Below are positions 18,101 through 24,665 of a DNA stretch of 26,740 nucleotides, piece by piece. Origin of the DNA: Gemmatimonadaceae bacterium. Its GTDB lineage: Bacteria; Gemmatimonadota; Gemmatimonadetes; Gemmatimonadales; Gemmatimonadaceae. The DNA is taken from NCBI GenBank assembly GCA_040902005.1, contig JBBDYA010000072.1, positions 1 to 26,740 of the forward strand. The letters run 5' to 3'. How positions within the stretch are numbered: the first letter of the stretch is position 1; every line of letters starts with the position of its first letter. The position numbers and the translations under genes were made by a program. The notes under the pieces were generated by a model. That model ran no database searches and was not told where the DNA came from. It worked only from the letters and a program-made list of their open reading frames with translations.

Positions 18101-19636
18101 TCGCTCCGCGGCCTTCTCGCCGAAACCCCCGGGCCGCAACACCTTGATAGCGACGGGTCGGCCAAGGGCAGTTTCCACACCCTTGTAGACGACGAACGTT
18201 CCGCCCTCCCCGATTACGCTGTCGATCGCGTAATCGCCGAGGAGTTTCTGCATCGTGGCGATGCTGTCCGTGGCAAGCGCGGTCTCTCGGCCGGTGACGG
18301 TGCTCGACGGGAGCGGCTCGACCGGTTGTGCGCCGAGTTCCCCTGACGCGCCGAGTTCCCCTGACGCGCCGAGTTCCCCTGACGCGCCGAACCGCGTGTC
18401 TTCGCCAATCTCTCCGAGGAGCCGTTCGATGATCGCCGTCGTTACCTCGTCCTGCACCGCAAAGACGTCCTCGAGCTCGCGGTCGTAGCGCTCGGACCAG
18501 AGGGGATGTCCAGTGGCTGCGTCCACGAGCTGCGCTGTCGCGCGGATGCGGCGTCCGGCGATGCGGATGCTGCCCTCGAGCACGTGGGTCACGCCCAGCA
18601 ACCCGGCGATCTGGCGGATGTCGCGATTCTGGCCCTTGAACTCGAACGCCGATGTGCGCGGCACCACGCGAACTCCGCCGGCGCGCGCGAGGCTGCTGAT
18701 CAGCTCATCGGTAATGCCGTCGCTCAGGTAATCGTTCGAGGAATCGCCGCTGATGTTCGCGAAGGGCAGCACGGCGACGGACAGCGCGCGACGCGCCACG
18801 GCGACCGTCAGGCGCTGCGCGAGCGCGGACGCAAACTCGGCCGCGGTCGCGAACCGATCCTGCGCCGACTTGGCGAGCGCGCGCTGGAGCACGGTGTCGA
18901 GGAACGGCGGCGCCTCGGCGCGCGTCAGCGTGACGAGCGGCGGAGCATCCATGAGCACTCGCGTGAGCAGGGGCTTGAGGTCCGACGCCGGGAACGGCGT
19001 GGACCCGCAGAGCATCTCGAACAGCACGCACCCCATCGCGTAGATGTCGGTGCGGCCGTCCACCGCCTCGCCCGTCCATTGCTCAGGACTCATGTACTCG
19101 GGCGTTCCGATCCCCGCCCCCTGCGTGAGCGACGTGCTCGCGCGTGACTCCGTGATGGCGCGCGCGATTCCGAAATCGGTCACGACCGCCTGGCCTTCAC
19201 TGATGAGAATATTGCCCGGCTTGATGTCGCGATGGACGATGTTGCGGCGGTGGGCGAAGTCGAGCGCGCTCAGGACGTCCCGTGCCAAATCGAGCGCCTC
19301 GGAAACGTCGAGCCGGCCGTCGCGCTCGAGGCGGTGGCGCAGCGATTGCCGCTCGACGAACGGCATCGTGTAGAACGGCACGCCGTCGAAGTCGCCGGCG
19401 CTCAGCAGCGGAACGATGTGCGGATGCACGAGACTCGCCGCGAGCAGGATCTCCCGCCGGAAGCGTTCGATGCTCACCTCCGCCGCGAGGTGCGGCGGCA
19501 GGACCTTCACGACGACCTGGCGGCCGAGCCTTCCGTCGGTCGCGACGAAGACGCGCGACATGCCCGCGTCGCTCAGCTCGCGATCGATGCGATACCCTTC
19601 GCCGAGCGCGACATGCAGCCGGTCAAGGAGTTCCAT
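15191..19636 (-). CDS. 1481-aa multidomain protein: kinase - TolB-like domain - atypical kinase - pseudokinase - TPR repeats
   Basis: Kinase 1 has HRDIKPGN/DFG. Then SVAVLPFAN..DYLSDGITDELI..WSERYDRELEDVFAVQDE. Kinase 2 has HRDVHGGN/DFS and kinase 3 has HTAFTPNN/DFG. TPR region starts at AYDAYLRGRY. ATG 19636 overlaps the end of the sigma gene. Confidence 0.9.
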   Translation of the reverse strand: MELLDRLHVALGEGYRIDRELSDAGMSRVFVATDGRLGRQVVVKVLPPHLAAEVSIERFRREILLAASLVHPHIVPLLSAGDFDGVPFYTMPFVERQSLRHRLERDGRLDVSEALDLARDVLSALDFAHRRNIVHRDIKPGNILISEGQAVVTDFGIARAITESRASTSLTQGAGIGTPEYMSPEQWTGEAVDGRTDIYAMGCVLFEMLCGSTPFPASDLKPLLTRVLMDAPPLVTLTRAEAPPFLDTVLQRALAKSAQDRFATAAEFASALAQRLTVAVARRALSVAVLPFANISGDSSNDYLSDGITDELISSLARAGGVRVVPRTSAFEFKGQNRDIRQIAGLLGVTHVLEGSIRIAGRRIRATAQLVDAATGHPLWSERYDRELEDVFAVQDEVTTAIIERLLGEIGEDTRFGASGELGASGELGASGELGAQPVEPLPSSTVTGRETALATDSIATMQKLLGDYAIDSVIGEGGTFVVYKGVETALGRPVAIKVLRPGGFGEKAAERFHHEARLAASLDHRNILPVYRAGSAGPWHFMVMKFVEGRAVDAIIRHQGALPINVVVAILTAAAHGLAFVHDKRIVHRDVHGGNILVDRDGLVAVADFSIASAQDDVALTDSGMVIGTPYFMSPEQCDGQAAAPQADQYSLGVLGFQMLTGEMPFNGAPVEVIQHHYMTPVPDISRVRGEVPKELLEVIYCSLNKDPKDRFATTRDMALALESIPQTDAERDEALRLLEQLAAGASIARVHVGTLPPLALEISGPPRAAVRAPKKPELSADRAMVDELRKEFELIRDIGRGALARVYLARRIDTGEQVAIKTLDPELAVHDTAVAQFARQAERAASLRHPNLLRIFEVRQTPGFTCMISEFIDGVSLADALKPVGALPLGLAKAILGGAGAALSHGHEGGLIHTAFTPNNILLAKDGRVIVTDFGIGNIQQPHNLTAAGITMGTPHFMSPEQLIAGHLTPATDQYALGIIAYRLLTGSPPFGGDTMFRVIQQQMIEPVPRVLEGRFDVPPSLARAIYRMVEKEGRDRYPTIAAALEDGRVSISSELAARVVSDFVRSPGSVRVAAAGSGRAMGMTAALDIAPRRKRAMGSGPGLFDRLRELMARLWRREPAEFSRSTFDRSSEDTGTFMGMREPPGEAAAQAQPQARFPAYDAYLRGRYLINRSAQDWLSRGRGRSRWPAAIAQFDEALRLDPTMTPAYAARAYTRALMGRFGAEPARSLRNAALADVEAAVARNPRFAEAHLVRGIIATLFDWSAADAREAFSRATDLNPNYAEAHLWRGIAASWLEHGANAASLIQRALALDPLSTMGKIELALALYGQRDYGAALRAVDEALAAKPAHAFGQHARACVLTALDRLDEALEAINEALRVGGRQVDHVAQLAVVHGRRGANDDVAAVIGELESRSSAETALAVAHTALGARDAAVRHARRAFEAREPMFLAALAGPNLDALREHAQFDTLLRDASLAP
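18330..18390. repeat. Perfect 18-bp tandem repeat (GCGCCGAGTTCCCCTGAC x3 + 7 bp) encoding GASGEL repeats
   Basis: Units start at 18330, 18348 and 18366, with a partial unit at 18384; directly visible. Confidence 0.95.
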
Positions 19637-20189
19637 CGGCGCCCGTGTTGGTGAGGTCTTGATACAGCCAGGCCTTCGCTTTTGCCCAGTCGCGAGCGAC
19701 CGTGCGCGGGGTGACGCCGAGCGCGGCGGCGGTTTCGTCCTCGGTGTAGCCGGCGAAGAAGCGACACTCCACCACCTGCGCCGCTCGCTCGTCGACCGCC
19801 GCAAATCGGCCAAGCGCGTCGTCGAGCGCGAGGAGCTCCTCGCCGCGTTCACTCGCGGCGAGTTGGACGGCGCGGTCGCGCGGGTCGTCGTTCAGCGTGC
19901 TGGCGTCGACCGAGTCGTATCGCACCCGTTCGCGCACAGGCTTACGCCGGCGTGCGTAATCAATGAGGAGTCTTCGCATGGCCTGAGCAGCTAACGCGAA
20001 GAACTGCCCTCGTTCCTGCCATTTGACGCTCCGCTGCGCCGAGAGCCTGAGGTAGACCTCATTGACGAGGTCCATGGTGCCGAGCGTGTGGCCGGCGCGC
20101 TCGAGTCTCAGCCGACGGCGCGCCAGTCGCTTCAATTCGGCCTCGGCGCCTATCCACAAGTCGTTGAGCGCTGGCCGGTTAGCGGACAT
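19623..20189 (-). CDS. ECF-type RNA polymerase sigma factor of the kinase-associated (TIGR02999/ECF43-like) type
   Basis: ELKRLARRRLRLERAGHTL....LVNEVYLRL, WQERGQFFALAAQAMRRLLIDYAR, LLALDDAL, VVECRFFAG.T..ETAAALGVT.RTV.RDW..AKAWL. Start uncertain. Confidence 0.92.
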   Translation of the reverse strand: MSANRPALNDLWIGAEAELKRLARRRLRLERAGHTLGTMDLVNEVYLRLSAQRSVKWQERGQFFALAAQAMRRLLIDYARRRKPVRERVRYDSVDASTLNDDPRDRAVQLAASERGEELLALDDALGRFAAVDERAAQVVECRFFAGYTEDETAAALGVTPRTVARDWAKAKAWLYQDLTNTGADGTP

Positions 20190-20291
20190 GTCTGGATCCG
20201 ACGAAGTCGTGCGCGTGTCAGGGGTGACAGCACGTTCGGCGAGAACGTACGCCCCGCACGAGGGGCCGGCAAGCAACCATTGGAGGCACAC

Positions 20292-21317
20292 ATGACATTC
20301 GTTCCGTTACTCGATCGCGCGAGACTCGGCGCGCCGGTTTCCAGCAAGGCACTGACGATGGTGCCAATTCATCTCGACGGCGAGCAACCGTCGGTCGACT
20401 ATCTGCCGCTCGGACAGGCCATCGCCCGCGGGCGGGCGCAGCTCACCGAGATCTCCGAGGGCGGAAGCGTTCCACTCCTCGCGGTGAAGAACGACAGCGA
20501 CTTCGCGCTCTTCATTCTCGACGGCGAGGAGCTCCTCGGCGCCAAACAGAACCGTGTCGTCAACCTTTCGATCCTGGTTCCGCCGCGGTCGATCCTGCCG
20601 ATCCCCGTCTCCTGCGTGGAGCACGGGCGCTGGTCATTCCGAACACGCTCCTTTGACGTCTCACCGAACACCCTCTTTGCGGCCGGCCGCGCTGATCAGA
20701 TGGCGGCAGTAACGATGTGCCTGAAGCAACACGGTCAACGCCACGGCGATCAGGCCGGCGTGTGGGGCGCGGTGGACGAGCGTGCCGCGGCCTGCGGGAC
20801 GCGGTCGCCAACGTCGGCGATGAAGGACATCTATGACGACCGGGAAGCGGCGATCGCGGAGTTGCTGGCCGGCCTGACGCCGCAGCCTCGACAGGCGGGC
20901 GCCGTCTTCGCGCTGGGCGGCCGCGTGGTGGGGATGGAGCTCTTCGAGACTCCGGAAATGTTCCTCACCTACTTCAACAAGATCGCGCGTGGCTACGCGC
21001 TGGACGCGACAGTCGAACCGGAGCACGCGGCATTCGAGCCCGGTGACGCGGATGAGCTGCTCCGAGCGCTCCGCCGCGCGTCGGCAGAGCGCTTCAAGGC
21101 GGTGGGACTGGGCGAAGACATCCGAATCGACGACGCTGCGGTCCAGGGCGGGGCGCTGGTGCTGGACGACCGTCTCGTTCACCTGGCGGCGTTCCGTCGG
21201 ACGACGATGCCGACGCAGGAGACTGCCCATTTCGGCGTCACCACCGAGCTCAAGCCTCCGTCGCTTCGCCGGCACTGGACCTTCTGGGCGCGGGTCAAGC
21301 ACTGGATGGGAGGGTGA
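20292..21317 (+). CDS. DUF6569 / ARPP-1 family protein
   Basis: GGAGG RBS then TEISEGGSVP.L...N.....LFILDGEELLGAKQNRVVN.SILV......IPVSCVEHGRW, DQAGVW, SPTSAM, PQPRQAGAVFA; recognised from memory of the family pattern. Confidence 0.85.
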   Translation: MTFVPLLDRARLGAPVSSKALTMVPIHLDGEQPSVDYLPLGQAIARGRAQLTEISEGGSVPLLAVKNDSDFALFILDGEELLGAKQNRVVNLSILVPPRSILPIPVSCVEHGRWSFRTRSFDVSPNTLFAAGRADQMAAVTMCLKQHGQRHGDQAGVWGAVDERAAACGTRSPTSAMKDIYDDREAAIAELLAGLTPQPRQAGAVFALGGRVVGMELFETPEMFLTYFNKIARGYALDATVEPEHAAFEPGDADELLRALRRASAERFKAVGLGEDIRIDDAAVQGGALVLDDRLVHLAAFRRTTMPTQETAHFGVTTELKPPSLRRHWTFWARVKHWMGG

Positions 21318-21485
21318 TCCAATTGGCTCCTCCGTGCGAACCGGAGTTGCCGGATCGGCTCCGCCGGAATCGATTCAACGCGGGCGTGCCCAGGGCTCCA
21401 GCTGGGCGCGATCCGCGGCCGACACGGCGTCAATCAGCGCCTGCCACGTCGGCTCGGCGATGGTGGTGACGTTCCTGGCCAACCG

Positions 21486-21938
21486 CTAGCGCCGCGGCGG
21501 CCGTACTCGTTCGACACGACCGGTGACAACGATGTCAAACTTGCTGCTGGCGGGGCAGCCCTGGACAAGCGCCGGTTCAAAGCGCGCCCGTCTGAGAAAA
21601 GCCTTCATCTCGCGACGGTAGCGCGCGTTATCAGTACCGGTGATGACGACGCTGCTCGCGTCAGCAGTGCCATCAGGACGCACGAACGCAATCGTGCGTA
21701 AGGGACCTTCCTGTGCGAGCCTGGGCATCCGTGGGTACGGCGAACGGAGGCGTGCGTCTGGAAGTTGTGCCACCGACACTGTCGAAAGGCTGTCGTTGAT
21801 GGTTTGACACCGCAACGAGTCGGACGCCGTCCGGATGGGAAACAGTGTCGGCTCCGGTGCAGCAGGCGCGCACGCGATGGTAGCAGCGGCGGCAAGAGAG
21901 AATAGTGTGCCTCGCGCAACCCTGTAAATACGAATCAT
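21486..21938 (-). CDS. TonB C-terminal-domain-like lipoprotein
   Basis: Signal peptide ending TIA-C; FVRPDGTADASSV and ARFEPA.VQGCP resemble TonB_C; ATGA overlap with the upstream hydrolase. Confidence 0.6.
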   Translation of the reverse strand: MIRIYRVARGTLFSLAAAATIACAPAAPEPTLFPIRTASDSLRCQTINDSLSTVSVAQLPDARLRSPYPRMPRLAQEGPLRTIAFVRPDGTADASSVVITGTDNARYRREMKAFLRRARFEPALVQGCPASSKFDIVVTGRVERVRPPRR

Positions 21939-23163
21939 GGCCGTTGCCTCTGTGAGTCCCCGTACGCGTTCAGGGCGAGGAAGATCGCGTCGAAGGCCCG
22001 GTCCGCCAGGCTACCGGACGTGTTCGAGAACAGCACCACCGCCACGCGCCGGTTGACTGTGGAGAGCATCACCGTCTGCACGCCGGGATCGCTCCCCCCG
22101 TGGCCGATGAATTCACCATTGCGACGAGTGCGCCAGAAGAGCCCTGAGTTGCCCTCGTCGGGACCGTAGCCTTCCGGATAGGCCGGGCCGCTGAACTGGA
22201 ATCGCGTCATCTCGTCGGCCTGGGCCGCCGGGAGGATGCGCACGCCGCCGTGCGCGCCATGGTTGAGCAGGGCCTGGAAGAAGCGAGTGAGGTCGCTCAC
22301 CGTCGTGCGCACGCCGCCGTCGGGATATGTGGTCAGGCCGTAGCGTGGAAGCGGGATTGCCCACCCGTCTCGCTCGACGAAGTGCGCCGAGAGCTCCGCC
22401 GTCGGCAGGTCGCGCAGGAACCAACCGGTCGATCGCATCCCGAGGGGCGTGAGGATGTGGCGCTGCGTGTAGGCGTCGAGGCGTTCGCCGGTGAGGCGCT
22501 CGATGATGAAGCCGACCAACCCGGCACCGATATTGGAGTAGTCGCGCGCCTTTCCCGGTGCCAAGGTCGTGTAGTTGTCGGCGGAATAGCGGTGACCGTG
22601 GGGGGGGGGCGCGAAGTAGCTCGTGATGAAGTCGGGGAGCGACTGGGGGCGTCACCGCCCCAGTGATACGTCGCGCGATAGACCTCCCACCGATCCGTGA
22701 TGCTCGATGTGTGCGTCGCGATCATCCGCAGCGTGATCGGGATGTCGGGAAAGCGCGGGTTGCGGACGCGGAAGGGCAGATAGCGATTCACGTCGGCGTC
22801 GAGGTCCAGCCTCCCCTCGGCGACCAGGCGCATCATCGCGACGCCGGTGAAGGTCTTGGAGATCGACGCGATGGTCATCGGCGTCGTCGGCGTGAATGGC
22901 TTCGTGCGGAGGTAGTCGCGGTGGCCGTAGCCCTTCGACCACACTTCTCGCCCATCGACGAAGATGGATCCGGCGACGCCCATGAGACCGGCCTCCTCCA
23001 TCTTCGCGGCGATGAGGGAGTCGATCGCCGCTGGGGTGGGTACGGGCGCTGACGCGGCGGCGGCCGCTGGCTGCACGGGGACCTGCGAGGCGACCGTGGC
23101 TGGGACCGCAAGGCAGGTGGCGCCGACGAGCAGGGTCGCGCTGAAGATGAAGCGTGGTCGCAT
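21935..23163 (-). pseudogene. Secreted serine hydrolase (beta-lactamase-related family) with a single net -1 frameshift at about 22600-22650
   Basis: Signal peptide, ASISKT (SxxK) and IATHTSSI in one frame; YSNIG, PLGMRST and GHGG in another. Length 1229 bp is one base short of 410 codons. Confidence 0.88.
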
Positions 23164-23249
23164 GTGTGGCTGCTTGAGCTTGCAGGTGTGATCGCGGGTG
23201 TTTGACCACGCTGGAATCGCGCGTCGGTAGCGTCGCCCCTTTCCGGAGA

Positions 23250-23624
23250 TCAGGGCGACGGCGCCTGGGGGAATCCCTCGCGCCACCGCCCGCTCTTGTC
23301 GCAAACGCTCTCGTGCCTCACGAAACGCTGCCCCTCCCACGCCCAGCCCCCGCGACACGACCGCGTGGTGTTGCGGTGCGCATCGGGAGTGAGTCGGGCA
23401 CGGGGAAGTCCCACTTGGCGCTCGATGACGTCGAGACAACGGTCCCACAACTCGCCAGAAAACTGAGAGCGTGGCTGCAAGCGGCCCACGTCGGCCAGCT
23501 TGCCTTCGAGGTATAGAAAGAACGTGCCTACCGTCGCGACAGACTCGTCTAGCTCGCTATCCGGTAGCCTGACATCGAACTCGGTCTCGACAGCCAGTAC
23601 CATCTCCACAATGTCGAGACCCAT
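23250..23624 (-). CDS. Acyl-carrier-protein-like hypothetical protein, probably 3'-disrupted
   Basis: MGLDIVEMVLAVETEFDVRLPD...TVG and W.....VIERQVGLP...LTPDA resemble a permuted ACP-like family; similarity appears to stop near 23380. Confidence 0.55.
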   Translation of the reverse strand: MGLDIVEMVLAVETEFDVRLPDSELDESVATVGTFFLYLEGKLADVGRLQPRSQFSGELWDRCLDVIERQVGLPRARLTPDAHRNTTRSCRGGWAWEGQRFVRHESVCDKSGRWREGFPQAPSP

Positions 23625-23643
23625 GCGATCACCGATGTGGTAA

Positions 23644-23673
23644 GCCTGACGCCACTGCATGCGTTTGTTCGGC
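23644..23673 (-). other. Possible remnant of an integron attC site
   Basis: Minus strand GCCGAAC-AAACG-CATGCAG-TGGC-GTCAGGC: R''-like, L''-like and R'-like boxes between two co-oriented small genes, but only 30 bp long. Confidence 0.3.
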
Positions 23674-23691
23674 GGTTGCCCGCCACACATC

Positions 23692-24195
23692 TCACATCGC
23701 ATTGGAATCAAATCCTGTTCGCAGGCGCGGCCACCATCGGCTGACATGGCGGCAGTACACCTCGTACTCCTGCCCAAACGCTCGCCGGAGTGCGGGCTCC
23801 TCGTACCACACCACGAAGAGGTGTGTGATGATGAGAAAAACGCCGGCATAAACCAGGAGCGTCATCGACTCGTAGAAGAGTGCAGCGCTGGCCAGCGCCA
23901 GTCCTGCACCCATATACATCGGATTGCGCACAAAACGATACGGACCCTGCACCACAAGTCGGCGAGGAGGGTCGAACGGCGCCGGTGTGCCTTTGCCGAT
24001 CGCTGCGAAGGTGACTATGCACCACAGCGCGATCGCCGCACCCGCGGCCCCCAATCCCATTCCAGCAACCTGCGCCACCTCAATCAGCGCGGGACGAACA
24101 ATGCCGGACCCAGACAGGAGGCGGGCCGGTACGTAGATCAGCACGAGGCCGATAAAGAGCACCGCGTATGTGGCCACACGAACAAGCAGAAACAT
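23692..24195 (-). CDS. Isoprenylcysteine carboxyl methyltransferase / PEMT-family membrane protein
   Basis: GKGTPAPFDPPRRLVVQGPYRFVRNPMYMG and YEEP.L...FG.EY..YC..V.RW.P; GAGGT RBS before ATG 24195. Confidence 0.9.
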   Translation of the reverse strand: MFLLVRVATYAVLFIGLVLIYVPARLLSGSGIVRPALIEVAQVAGMGLGAAGAAIALWCIVTFAAIGKGTPAPFDPPRRLVVQGPYRFVRNPMYMGAGLALASAALFYESMTLLVYAGVFLIITHLFVVWYEEPALRRAFGQEYEVYCRHVSRWWPRLRTGFDSNAM

Positions 24196-24257
24196 GCCCA
24201 CCTCTGACGTCAGCGCATGAATGCGCGGCTCATGTGCCCGCCGGCTTCAACTCCTCG

Positions 24258-24545
24258 TCAGGCGGTGCGGCGCTGGCGTGCTCCCAGAAGAACGGCCAGC
24301 CCGACAAGGGTACCAGCCACTCCGAGTGTCGCGTAGCCCGTGAGGCTCCAACGCGCCGCATGAGTGGCTTGCGCGTGACCCGCATGATACAGCGCGCTCG
24401 CGTAGCCGGCGGAGTCGCCGGGTGCGCGATGCTGCTCGTACCAGGCGAGGGTCTGCAGGGGTCCCCTCGTGCTGTACCACTGGCCAAGAGCCAGGGCTGG
24501 GCTCACCAACACAAGCGTGAGCCCTATGGCCATCGCCCGCAGCAA
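24258..24545 (-). CDS. Small hypothetical membrane protein (start uncertain)
   Basis: Two hydrophobic segments (AIGLTLVLVSPALAL; YATLGVAGTLVGLAVLLG). It fills the gap between co-oriented genes; no family recognised. Confidence 0.5.
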   Translation of the reverse strand: MLRAMAIGLTLVLVSPALALGQWYSTRGPLQTLAWYEQHRAPGDSAGYASALYHAGHAQATHAARWSLTGYATLGVAGTLVGLAVLLGARQRRTA

Positions 24546-24665
24546 TTGCTTGTTATGCTGTCGTACGCATAGCTCCTCCGCGGTGAATTGGTCGAGTGCC
24601 TTCGTGAGGTGAGGCCGAGATCGCGAAGCTTCCCGAAGCGCCGGCCGAGGTCGCGATCATTCCAC

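Noticed and set aside
18330..18390. CRISPR-like repeat
   Set aside because: The units are contiguous with no spacers, lie in frame within a CDS, and there are no cas genes.
21935..23163. Calling the hydrolase an antibiotic-resistance beta-lactamase
   Set aside because: SxxK/YxN motifs are shared by many esterases and peptidases, and it has GHGG rather than KTG.
23231..23260. Hairpin CGTCGCCC-N14-GGGCGACG as a terminator or riboswitch
   Set aside because: There is no U-tract on either strand and no recognisable RNA family; an 8-bp GC stem is plausible by chance.
24613..24656. 14-bp imperfect direct repeat GGCCGAG(A/G)TCGCGA with a 30-bp period
   Set aside because: Only two GC-rich copies, with no associated element.
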